IMG/VR virus record: IMGVR_UViG_3300005805_000087
Location: 1 to 63,092 of that record
Length of the DNA stretch: 63,092 nucleotides
Strand: one strand, 5' to 3'
DNA from: a virus
Lineage: Duplodnaviria > Caudoviricetes
In this document: piece by piece, positions 9,636 to 19,422 of the stretch
Numbering within the stretch: the first letter of the stretch is position 1
How the letters are laid out: every line of letters begins with the position of its first letter
Notes under the pieces: model-generated
The model's input: only the letters and a program-made list of their open reading frames with translations
Databases searched by the model: none
Told to the model about the DNA's origin: nothing
Position numbers and translations under genes: made by a program

Positions 9636-11926
9636 CGATAACTTTTAACGCAGATTCAATTTCTACTTCGCTAAAAGTGAACGATTATTTTGCTACGTTA
9701 ATCAAAGATAGCGAGAATTTCTATACGTTTCAATTGTTGCTTAAAGTTAAGCAAAGTGACATAATTCAAAATTCATTATCATCTATCAAAATTTTTGCAA
9801 GGAATGCTACGTTCGAGGACACAACATCTACTGGTGTTGGGCAGGATCCTAATTTAGCGACCGCTAACAATAGAATAACATCTACCAATACGAATAGACA
9901 ACAAAATATAGTAAACCAAGATGCCATAATAGCTAAAACAGAAGTCAGTCTTTATCGTTATGTCAATGCGCAAGTAAAGTCTTTGATTTTAAGTGGGATA
10001 TCTCCTGAAGACGTCGAATCACTCTATGATTTCAAAGAAGTTTTAGAGAAAAATACAAAACCAACTATTCGAGTACCAAGCGAAATAAACGTATCATCCA
10101 TTAGAAGCTTAAATTTGGAATTGCTCAGCAGGTATAGAATAGATCCAGGCAGCTTGATAAACGTTATTCCAAATAGCAATTTTATTGTAGAAGATCTAAA
10201 GAAGTATTACATAAATGAAGCTTTAATTTCTCAATCAGAAGATAGCGAATACTTTGGGCTAGTTAAAAAAGTTTCCTTTAATGATGAAATAGTCATAAAG
10301 ACAATGATCGATCTTCCAAAGACCCCAACTTTAGAGCTCGGAAAAGTTAATTTTGAAATTAGCGTTTACAAAGAAAATAGAGAAGATCCGATCAACACAA
10401 AATTTGTTTCAATTGATGTGAATCAACAAAAACAATATTATCAGCCTAACCACAACTCTTTACCTAAGCTTTCTTATGCTGCGGGAAGACTTAATGTGGA
10501 ACAATCTTTTAATCCAGGAAAAGTTTCCATAAAAAAGAAACAAATGGATGGTTATGGAAATGGAACTTTTTATACAGACTTTTCAACAAGCAATTTAGAA
10601 GCAAACCAATCTTTTTCCTTTTATACACCTTCATTATTGGGAAAGCTTGAAGTATATCGTTGCTTTAATGATGTTTTAAATTCAAATTTTAGTAGTGCTG
10701 TTGTTGGAGAAAATTTATCATTTGATACAACGGGTTTAGAAATAACAGACTCAACAGTTGATGGTGCTATTAAGTTACAACTATTGACTCCTCCAAGCTA
10801 TGCTGAACAAGTTCAAATAGAAAAACAAACGTACAATTCTTCTGGACTAAAAATTGGTGAGAAAGATATTGTTTTGCCTTTCTCAGACCTGGCGCAAAAT
10901 AAAGTGATTTATGATACCCTGGTAAAAAATGGAGAAGTCTACGAATACTTTGTCAAATATTTGACGAGGGGGCAGGTGAGAGACTCCATAGTTCGCTTAC
11001 ACCAGTATTCGATAAATTCAAAAAACATACCAGTTTCTGCAAAAATAACCAATCAAACTTTTAGCTTTATCAATGGTGAACCTGTCGTATCATTCACAGT
11101 ACAGGGAAGTATTGAACAAAACGATCAAGATAAAATTAATGCAGCTTTGAAAGCGCTAGATCTTTACAACGATTTTGCAGATGAGATCAAGCAAACAAGA
11201 GAAAAATTCGGAAGCTTACTTTATCTTAAAATTGAACGTATAAGTTTAAAAACAGGTGTACGAGACGCCTTTGATATCTTGCCTGGTGCTGCAGCTACAG
11301 ATAGCTCAGGAAATTTTTCTATATCTTTTAGTGACTCTCCTGAAGTTAGACAAAAGCTTTTCATTCCTAACTTAGATTTAAGTTCAAATTATCGATATCA
11401 GGTTAGAGCATACTTTAAAAATCCATTGACCCTACTACGAGATTACGTAAAAGTAGGAACATCGCCTAGTAGTAAAAAACCTTATGCATATCGCCCATAT
11501 CGTTTCTTACAAGAGTCTACGTTGCAAGGAACTCTACCGATCGAAGATGCAGATGGAAATATAATCGGCTTTACGAGTTTAATCGAGCAAAGCGATATTG
11601 GCATTGTTGCATCTACATTAGTTAATGGCTCATCAATTTCTACGCAATTACAAACGGTCACAGCAAAAAGAGTTGATTCTAACAAAATTAAGCTTTCTTG
11701 GAGTTTTGGAGGAAGGATAGAAAACTACGATCATTTCATAGTCATAAAAGAAGTGAATAAAAATCGTAGAATTCTAACAACGACGACTTTAAATCAACAT
11801 ATAGATTATTTTGACAAGCATGATTCAGGAACAGTTATTTATTACGTAATACCTGTTCTAAATGATTATTCAACAACGGCCGCTAACCGTTCAAATTCTA
11901 TTCTGATTGATCCAAGCGAGCTTTAA
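9632..11926 (+). CDS. Large putative virion protein with FN3/Ig-like segments
   Basis: 764 aa, beta-rich; patterns YEYFVKY, YRYQVRAY, IKLSWS...YYVIPV. Confidence 0.5.
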   Translation: MTITFNADSISTSLKVNDYFATLIKDSENFYTFQLLLKVKQSDIIQNSLSSIKIFARNATFEDTTSTGVGQDPNLATANNRITSTNTNRQQNIVNQDAIIAKTEVSLYRYVNAQVKSLILSGISPEDVESLYDFKEVLEKNTKPTIRVPSEINVSSIRSLNLELLSRYRIDPGSLINVIPNSNFIVEDLKKYYINEALISQSEDSEYFGLVKKVSFNDEIVIKTMIDLPKTPTLELGKVNFEISVYKENREDPINTKFVSIDVNQQKQYYQPNHNSLPKLSYAAGRLNVEQSFNPGKVSIKKKQMDGYGNGTFYTDFSTSNLEANQSFSFYTPSLLGKLEVYRCFNDVLNSNFSSAVVGENLSFDTTGLEITDSTVDGAIKLQLLTPPSYAEQVQIEKQTYNSSGLKIGEKDIVLPFSDLAQNKVIYDTLVKNGEVYEYFVKYLTRGQVRDSIVRLHQYSINSKNIPVSAKITNQTFSFINGEPVVSFTVQGSIEQNDQDKINAALKALDLYNDFADEIKQTREKFGSLLYLKIERISLKTGVRDAFDILPGAAATDSSGNFSISFSDSPEVRQKLFIPNLDLSSNYRYQVRAYFKNPLTLLRDYVKVGTSPSSKKPYAYRPYRFLQESTLQGTLPIEDADGNIIGFTSLIEQSDIGIVASTLVNGSSISTQLQTVTAKRVDSNKIKLSWSFGGRIENYDHFIVIKEVNKNRRILTTTTLNQHIDYFDKHDSGTVIYYVIPVLNDYSTTAANRSNSILIDPSEL

Positions 11927-11927
11927 T

Positions 11928-14900
11928 ATGACCAGTTTTAAATTAACTAAAGCAAAAGGAACAAAAACTGCAGCGGTACCTAAACCACCTGTTGTTTCTA
12001 CTGTAACTCCTATACTTAGCGAACCGTTACCACCTAAAGCTTTAACAACTTTCACTATTGACGAAGGAAATAGCCTTTTTACCGCGACACCTAGTAACAA
12101 CGTTGCGATAACAGCTTTTGATTATTCTACTGGAGTGGATAGTCAAAATCCAGAAATAATTTCTTTTGCAGATTTTATTCCGCTTTATGATGATGCTGGA
12201 AATTTAAGCGCAGCAGGACAATCGCTGCAAGTAAAACAGGATGCGCTATTTTTATCTGCCAAAAAATCGATCGATTCTACGTTGGCCCTTCCTACTATAG
12301 ATGCTGTTATACAGCAGTTGAAATCTAATGAAACTGAGATCAATTCTTTTTGTGAATCTTTTATATCAGACATCAATGGAGTTTTTAATACAGTCGATGC
12401 AATAAAAAAGAAATTTGATTTTAGAGTGCCATTCACAAATGAAGAAAATCAAACTTTAATACAGCTGAATCCAACAGATCCAAATTACCCAGCTTCAGCG
12501 GCCGACATTTTATTCGATTCAAGTCCCGATATCGAAAATTGGACTAACACAAAAACCTGGGTTAGATCTTGCCTTGAATTAAAAGAAGTTTTAAAGAGAG
12601 GCTTGCCTAATGGATTGCTAAGTGATTCAACGATCGTACCGAGTGTACAAAATTCCTCGGCCTATAAAGATCCATATACATTATTGGGTTCTTCTACGAA
12701 TAATGATTTTCCACCCCGCTCAAGAACGACCCGGTTTGGTTTCAAGCCACAACAGTTCAGCCCAGGTAATTTTAAGAACTATGGTGATGTACCTGGTGAA
12801 CAAGAATTTAATCAGTTTGTTTCAGATATTTCTACTCTATATGATGTGGGATTATTCTCTGAAGCGAACACAAGTGATGTTCCAAAGCATGTCGCAAGGA
12901 TGTGCTATGTTCTTAGTAAAGAGCATGTATTTTCTAAAGCATTGAAAAGCTCAATTTTCGATACTTGGTATACTGCATCAGGCTTTCAAAAAGATGATAG
13001 CGTTTCTGGAAAGTATAGATTTTGGGATTATGTAATAGGACAGTCTGGCACCGATGTAACTGAGATACCAGTGCAGCTTGGCAACACAGGTTTTTCTGCA
13101 ATAAACCTTGCGCAATCTAGACAAACGATTACTACACAAGCAAATCCAAGTCAAACAAGCACAATTGAAGTTTTAACTTTTGAAAACGAGTATATCATAG
13201 ATAACATAGGCACACGACGTGATGATGTTGTGATGACACCTGGATCATACTTTTATCTAGAAAGCAATTTAAAATCTTCAATTGATCCGCCAACTTTGCC
13301 ACAAAATTTACAGGCATTGGACGAGCAACTTGATAAGTTTAAAAGCTTTTTTGACACGCTAAGAAAAGAATTGGTTTTTAGTGCCACACCACGACCTCGT
13401 CAGCCTCGTGAAATAATTGCGACCATTAATCAACAACCTCAAAATTCTCTAGGCCTGAGCGCCTATTATAGTGTTGCTCTTGAACATCCAATCGAGTTAT
13501 TTAGAAAAATATCTAACCAAGTACTTGTTCAAAATGGATTGTTGGATAGAAACAAATTCATACAACTATCCAACCCAGCACAAGTAAGCGCAAGCCCAAA
13601 TTTTGGTCCTGCATTATTACGAGAAGCAACCCTTAATAAACGCTTAATGGCGCTTTTATTTGTCTACGTAGCTGGAATCATAAATGAAGATTTTAATGCG
13701 ACCGTCGCACGCAAACTTACTACGATCGAACAACAAACATATGAGCCTCCATCAGATGATCCCAATGATTTAGGATTAGCCCCAGGAGAACCGATCGTTA
13801 AAAAAGCAGTTGTCAATATTTCTTATCAAGAATTAATAACACAAGAAATCATAAAAATATTGGAAACAAAGCCACAAGGCGCTTCAAGTAAAAAGAACAA
13901 TTATTTCTTTGTTGAAGAGCTTTTTAATGAATTGAATGCAAAAAATTCTTCGGCAAGTACAACGTTCGCATTTTTTAAATCGATTGCCGAGTTCATGAAT
14001 TCTCTTTTAGATCCAGTAACAGAAGAAAATGTTTATGCGTTTGAGACAAAGAATGGAATAGAAAATTATTACACATTTTACTCTTCTATTTCACGCACAA
14101 CGTTTTTCTGTGGTTTGTTCGAATTGATTTGCTATATTGTAAGTTTGGCAACTGCGGATGGATTTGGACCGCTTAAAGAAGGTGAACCATCTAAAATAAT
14201 TGTCGAGCAAATTGCAGAACCATTCGTCTCTGTGAGTGGAAATATTAAAATTTTGAATTTTGAAAACTACATCTCAAGAATAGAAACAAGCATTGCTGAA
14301 GAAAATAGAAACTTCAAGAATTATCTAAGCAGGTTTTACTATTTTATTGCAGCTCTATATAAGCAGATCAATCCATTCAAAAATAATTTTGCGACCATTT
14401 CCTCAACAACACAAGGAAATGTAAATCCATTAAGCAGATTAGCTGGAACCACAAGAGAAATAATAGGTGACCCAGCTTTGGCGCAGCTTTTAATAACAAA
14501 AGAGCAATTGTCGTTGGTAAAAAGCAAGTTATCTTATCTTAAAAAACGCACAACACCCACTTACTCTTCAGAAATAAAGAACGTTTTACCTTATTTCTTG
14601 GAGCTAAAAGATAACCCAGATCTAGATTTGTTTTTACCCTTAGAGGATACGCATCTTGGAGCTTGGAATTTCTTTTTGAAAGATTTTTTCAAGAACGATC
14701 CAAAATTTAGACAGTCAGAAGCATTCAATAAAAAAATTGCTTCAATAGCTATTCCACAAGGTCTTGTTAGAAGGCTATCAAGAAAGTATGCTTCAAACTA
14801 TAATAGCAACTTAAGATTGGCTCCTATAATAAAAATCAACCTTTATAGAGTTGATGAACTTCGACCTTCTTTGGTACACAAACCTTTGAGCTTTTTGTTT

Positions 14901-15494
14901 AATGCTAATGAATATCCAACAAGAATATTAAATCATTACGTATCAGGAACTTTAGAAGCTGAAAGCAACAGCATCGTATCTCCTGTATTAAATGAGGATC
15001 AAAAAAAGCAACAAAATGAAACAAGAGAGAATCATAAAACAAGCTTCATTTTGGAAGAATATCTAAAGTTTACAACCTCAACATTTTTTGATGAGCAGAA
15101 ATATCAGCAGTATGATTTAATCAAACCCGTTATAGATGCTGAGTTCCAGAAATTTCTCCAATCTACAGGAGCGAATGTATCTTATTCACCCACATCATCT
15201 ACTACAAAATATTACACGGAAGAAAACTTACTTACCAACTTAGAAGCCTTGAAGAAAAGCTTGATCATGCCTAAAAAGTTTGATAGAGTTTTTCACGTTT
15301 TGTTTGACCCTGATGATTTTGAAGTTTATGTCAACCCTGCGGATCCTAAAGCAACGACGGCTGCGGATATCGAGTTATATAATGACGTAATAGTAACGAG
15401 AAATGAAAATGGGCAATTGAGGTATCTTCGTAGACAAACGAGACCAGAAGATATTACGTTCGATAGTTATTTCACGCAGATTGAATTAATATAG
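11928..15494 (+). CDS. Large hypothetical protein, probably virion-associated
   Basis: About 1190 aa open frame inside the structural operon; no recognised motif. Confidence 0.5.
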   Translation: MTSFKLTKAKGTKTAAVPKPPVVSTVTPILSEPLPPKALTTFTIDEGNSLFTATPSNNVAITAFDYSTGVDSQNPEIISFADFIPLYDDAGNLSAAGQSLQVKQDALFLSAKKSIDSTLALPTIDAVIQQLKSNETEINSFCESFISDINGVFNTVDAIKKKFDFRVPFTNEENQTLIQLNPTDPNYPASAADILFDSSPDIENWTNTKTWVRSCLELKEVLKRGLPNGLLSDSTIVPSVQNSSAYKDPYTLLGSSTNNDFPPRSRTTRFGFKPQQFSPGNFKNYGDVPGEQEFNQFVSDISTLYDVGLFSEANTSDVPKHVARMCYVLSKEHVFSKALKSSIFDTWYTASGFQKDDSVSGKYRFWDYVIGQSGTDVTEIPVQLGNTGFSAINLAQSRQTITTQANPSQTSTIEVLTFENEYIIDNIGTRRDDVVMTPGSYFYLESNLKSSIDPPTLPQNLQALDEQLDKFKSFFDTLRKELVFSATPRPRQPREIIATINQQPQNSLGLSAYYSVALEHPIELFRKISNQVLVQNGLLDRNKFIQLSNPAQVSASPNFGPALLREATLNKRLMALLFVYVAGIINEDFNATVARKLTTIEQQTYEPPSDDPNDLGLAPGEPIVKKAVVNISYQELITQEIIKILETKPQGASSKKNNYFFVEELFNELNAKNSSASTTFAFFKSIAEFMNSLLDPVTEENVYAFETKNGIENYYTFYSSISRTTFFCGLFELICYIVSLATADGFGPLKEGEPSKIIVEQIAEPFVSVSGNIKILNFENYISRIETSIAEENRNFKNYLSRFYYFIAALYKQINPFKNNFATISSTTQGNVNPLSRLAGTTREIIGDPALAQLLITKEQLSLVKSKLSYLKKRTTPTYSSEIKNVLPYFLELKDNPDLDLFLPLEDTHLGAWNFFLKDFFKNDPKFRQSEAFNKKIASIAIPQGLVRRLSRKYASNYNSNLRLAPIIKINLYRVDELRPSLVHKPLSFLFNANEYPTRILNHYVSGTLEAESNSIVSPVLNEDQKKQQNETRENHKTSFILEEYLKFTTSTFFDEQKYQQYDLIKPVIDAEFQKFLQSTGANVSYSPTSSTTKYYTEENLLTNLEALKKSLIMPKKFDRVFHVLFDPDDFEVYVNPADPKATTAADIELYNDVIVTRNENGQLRYLRRQTRPEDITFDSYFTQIELI

Positions 15495-15502
15495 AGTGCA
15501 AA

Positions 15503-17335
15503 ATGGGAAACATTTCAAAGCCATCAAGCAACATCTTTGCCATCGGCATTCCCGAGCCAACAAGCTTTACCGCTGAGTTTGTTTACAATTATTATACGGC
15601 GGATGAAAGAACCAACGAAGATTCTGGAATTCCTGAAGCTATCAAAGTTCGCTCTGCTGAACAGATAGATTACAAAAGCGTAAATTTTTCATTAAGGGTA
15701 CCAAGAGCAGTCGCACTCAATTGGACTATTGCTGCGGGAAGCAATGTAGGATCATCTTCACCCGGATTTTCTATAAAAGAAAATTTTTCAAAAATAGTTT
15801 TTGAAGAAAAGTTTGCTTCATCAAAATATATTCCGTATGCATTTTCTAACGTTCAAGAAATAGAAGATGCCTTTAAAGACATCAACAACGACGGTGTCTT
15901 AGATTTTGGAACAAGCCAAGCTACTTCAATCGACAATTTTATACAGAAGCTTTTAGTGAAATATTCTGAAACTGAAGATGAATCTAACATCGAAGAAAAG
16001 AAACAACAGCTTTTAGAAGCTCTGCAAAATATTGAAAAAATTGCTGATCAACCTGAGCGAACTTTAGGTATCAAGATTTATGATCAATCTGGAAAAAAAG
16101 TTACTAATACTTCAGGGTTTGATCAACTGGTGCAAGATGATATTACATTAAACGTGCAGTTAAATTCTTTGGTTTTGCCTGATATTTTTCTTTCTTCATC
16201 TTTTGTGAAGTCAAGCACGATAAACACTTATTATCAAAAGTCACTACAAAACAAATCGCCTTTCGAGGAGACAATAAGTCCAGTTAATATTGGTGGAAAG
16301 ATACAAAAACCACTAGTAAAGTTTATCGGTTACATAATAGATCGTTATGAATATTCTTCTAATGAAAGTGTAAAAAACAAAACTTTCATAGTCGAATCTG
16401 CAAATTCGCTGCAGTTTGTTGATCTCTTCGTTAAGTATGGTTCTACGTACGTTTACACTATTAGGTGTGTGTCTGAGGTATCGACTAATGCATTTGTAAC
16501 GAATGAGAACAGTGTTACAACTGAAGTTGGTGTGACTTATTATATAGCTTCACGCCCCAAGCCTATTCAGCGTCCCTTAATTTGTTTAGAAGATGTTCCT
16601 CCGCCTACTCCAACAGATCTAAATTTCATATGGAACTATAAGAAAGGTGAGCTGAACATCGTCTGGACGATGCCATCTAATCCTCAAAGAGATATCAAAC
16701 AATATCAAGTATTCCGTAGAAAAACGATAAATGAACCTTTTGAATTATTACAACAAATCTGCTTTGATTTTTCTACACAAAAAAGCGAAACAGGTGAACT
16801 TATAGATGGCAATAGAATCGGAATGACAGAGGAAGAAAAATCATTCGTTCTTTATGAAAAAGTTCCGCTCAGTAGTTTTATAGATCAAGAATTCAAAATT
16901 AACCCTGAGTTATCTTTGGCTCCAAAATACATCTATACTGTTGCAGCTGTTGATGCGCATGGTCTTATCTCAAATTATGCTGCGCAGTTTGAAGTGACAT
17001 TCGATTTTTATCAAAACAAGATTGTAAAAAGGTTAATTAGCTCGCCTGGAGCCCCAAGACCTTATCCAAACCTTCTTTTAAATGCCGACTTATTTAAAGA
17101 CGTCATAAGTGTAAAAGGAGAAAACTCTACTAAAATGAAGGTATATTTTATGCCTGAATATTTTAAGATAAAATATAGTCCAACCGGTAATAGCTCCGGC
17201 CGGATAGAGAAGATGGTTTCTACTATTCAAGACAATGGATTCTATCAACTTCAATTCATTAATCTACAGAATCAAAAGAGCGATTCCGTAAAAATTTCAA
17301 TAAATGACCCAGAAGGCTTGACGAAAATAAGTTGA
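15503..17335 (+). CDS. Putative virion protein with FN3-like domains
   Basis: DVPPPTPTDLNFIW...IVWTMP...YQVFRRK...YIYTVAAVDAHGLISNY is FN3-like. Confidence 0.55.
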   Translation: MGNISKPSSNIFAIGIPEPTSFTAEFVYNYYTADERTNEDSGIPEAIKVRSAEQIDYKSVNFSLRVPRAVALNWTIAAGSNVGSSSPGFSIKENFSKIVFEEKFASSKYIPYAFSNVQEIEDAFKDINNDGVLDFGTSQATSIDNFIQKLLVKYSETEDESNIEEKKQQLLEALQNIEKIADQPERTLGIKIYDQSGKKVTNTSGFDQLVQDDITLNVQLNSLVLPDIFLSSSFVKSSTINTYYQKSLQNKSPFEETISPVNIGGKIQKPLVKFIGYIIDRYEYSSNESVKNKTFIVESANSLQFVDLFVKYGSTYVYTIRCVSEVSTNAFVTNENSVTTEVGVTYYIASRPKPIQRPLICLEDVPPPTPTDLNFIWNYKKGELNIVWTMPSNPQRDIKQYQVFRRKTINEPFELLQQICFDFSTQKSETGELIDGNRIGMTEEEKSFVLYEKVPLSSFIDQEFKINPELSLAPKYIYTVAAVDAHGLISNYAAQFEVTFDFYQNKIVKRLISSPGAPRPYPNLLLNADLFKDVISVKGENSTKMKVYFMPEYFKIKYSPTGNSSGRIEKMVSTIQDNGFYQLQFINLQNQKSDSVKISINDPEGLTKIS

Positions 17336-17407
17336 CGAGTAAAATAAAAGTACCACGCTAGCGTACAATTTAATATCTATATCGAGATTAAGTGTGAGGA
17401 AACAACT

Positions 17408-18136
17408 ATGGGATGGTTAGATAATTCAACTAACAACATTATATTAGATGCAGTATTGACAGACTTTGGCCGTCAAGCGCTCGCCCGAAATAATGGCAGC
17501 TTTTCTATTGCAAAGTTTGCTTTAGGAGATGACGAAGTAAACTATACGACCATCCAAAAATATGGCAGAACCGTCGGCCGAGAAAAAATTGAAAAAAACA
17601 CGCCTGTATTTGAAGCTTTTACAAACCAAAACTTAGCTCTCAAGTACAAGCTTATAAGCGCACCAGTTGCCCTACTTTATCTACCTCAGGTAACATACAC
17701 TATCGGTAATGGAAACTCTTCAGCAACAACGGTAGTAATCAATGTGAGCACAAGCGCCACAACGCCAGCTCGAACCATCACAGTAACTCAATCTCCTGCC
17801 GGAACTGAAACGACTATTCCTCCAAATTTGATCGACACCAATTACAATGTGTATGTGCCAGATCTTTTCTTAAGTGTGGCAGGAGAAAAATCTTCAGCAC
17901 CTGATGTCAATAAGATTGTTACATATACACTCGCCGCCCCTGCAGCTCAAAACACAAATAACCGTACGCTACAGTTCACATTACAGCCAAAAGTCTCTGC
18001 TAGCTCGACCACTCTTTTCACAGTGTATGGTCAAACGATAGGCAGCTTGCAAACTATAAAAACGCTGATAAGAATTGTTGGATTAAATTCTGGTGCGGTA
18101 ATAGACATACCAGTCGAAGTTTCAAGAACAGCATAG
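17408..18136 (+). CDS. Putative baseplate/tail-fibre attachment protein
   Basis: ILDAVLTDFGRQALARNNGSFSIAKFALGDDE resembles tail-collar fibre (DUF3751-type) N-termini; GAGGA RBS. Confidence 0.55.
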   Translation: MGWLDNSTNNIILDAVLTDFGRQALARNNGSFSIAKFALGDDEVNYTTIQKYGRTVGREKIEKNTPVFEAFTNQNLALKYKLISAPVALLYLPQVTYTIGNGNSSATTVVINVSTSATTPARTITVTQSPAGTETTIPPNLIDTNYNVYVPDLFLSVAGEKSSAPDVNKIVTYTLAAPAAQNTNNRTLQFTLQPKVSASSTTLFTVYGQTIGSLQTIKTLIRIVGLNSGAVIDIPVEVSRTA

Positions 18137-18154
18137 TAATTAAAGGATTCTACG

Positions 18155-19396
18155 ATGGCAACTTTTCAACAAATCAACCCCTCTGATATTCAGACAGCCA
18201 GATCATTTTTGAATCAGCTTATTGACGTTCTTCAAGAAGACATAAGCGGATCTGTTTCTCGTAGAAAATATCAACACTTTGTGACAGGTGGCGTTGGTCC
18301 TGGAGTGACTTCTTCATTATTTCAAACTGTGTATGATCAAGATTTTACATTACAAACCGCCAACCCTATTTTTGATATCACGGTCGGTCTTGCCCCGGAT
18401 GCGATCAGCGGAACAATCGCGTACACTACTCGTACGGACATTGATTCAGCAGGAAAAGCAATGTATCCAAGCAGCTCTCTAATGATGAGAGAAAAGGTTG
18501 ATATTTACAAACAATTTGCGCAAACTCTACTGGGGGATTCAGCGTTACAATTCAAGGTCCCCCTCGAGGGAACAAGCCAGGTTGCGATCGACTCTGCGAT
18601 GTTTATTGCATTTAAGCGATTGTTCGCAAGAGATCAAATTAAGCGTGAGACTTTCGCAGTGCGGTTCTACCAATCTGCTTCGTTCGTTTCCAGAATTAAC
18701 CCGATCGACGAAGCTCCCTCAGCCGACTCTGATGGCGTCACAAATTTAAATGTGACTTCAATTTCAGGATCTACAATTTTTACAGATTTAGGTTCTGCAA
18801 CTCAAAAGTTTTCAACAGTCGGTGGACAGTACGGAATAATCGTTGATTCGTCCCAGACTTCTCGTCAAGTTGGTTTAATGTTCTATGACGCTGGTGTCGC
18901 AGTTTTTGATCTTGCAAAGATTGTTTCAGGAAGCCAATTCATGTCCGGAACAATCGACGCAATGTCGACTAATGGTACTTTAGTTCTTGGTGGCGCTGGT
19001 ACTCAAACAGAAGACAAAGCGAAATTTATTCCTGATTTCATGACATCAGGAAGTATCGATAACATTGTTGACCACCTTTGCGGCACGCGTTTCCAATCAG
19101 GTTCATTGACGGCGGTGACGTTTCAGAACGTTACCAACATTAACTCGTCTTTGATTTTCTGTCGAGCTCAAGCCCAGGATTTCAACTATTCTTCTAATCC
19201 AACATTCATTGATGATGATAATAGAATTGTTGTAATCGATGCCGGTGAGGAGGATAAGCAAGACTCTTTCACATATGTAACTTCGATCGGCCTATATGAC
19301 TCCAGTGATAACCTCCTCGCGGTGGCAAAACTCAGCAGACCGGTCGAAAAGAGTCCAGAGCGTGACTTAACATTTAGAATTAGATTAGACTTCTGA
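18155..19396 (+). CDS. Putative baseplate/virion structural protein
   Basis: C-terminus YVTSIGLYDSSDNLLAVAKLSRPVEK...FRIRLDF, shared with the next gene. Confidence 0.6.
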   Translation: MATFQQINPSDIQTARSFLNQLIDVLQEDISGSVSRRKYQHFVTGGVGPGVTSSLFQTVYDQDFTLQTANPIFDITVGLAPDAISGTIAYTTRTDIDSAGKAMYPSSSLMMREKVDIYKQFAQTLLGDSALQFKVPLEGTSQVAIDSAMFIAFKRLFARDQIKRETFAVRFYQSASFVSRINPIDEAPSADSDGVTNLNVTSISGSTIFTDLGSATQKFSTVGGQYGIIVDSSQTSRQVGLMFYDAGVAVFDLAKIVSGSQFMSGTIDAMSTNGTLVLGGAGTQTEDKAKFIPDFMTSGSIDNIVDHLCGTRFQSGSLTAVTFQNVTNINSSLIFCRAQAQDFNYSSNPTFIDDDNRIVVIDAGEEDKQDSFTYVTSIGLYDSSDNLLAVAKLSRPVEKSPERDLTFRIRLDF

Positions 19397-19422
19397 TAAC
19401 CTTAGTGGACTAGAGATGTTAA

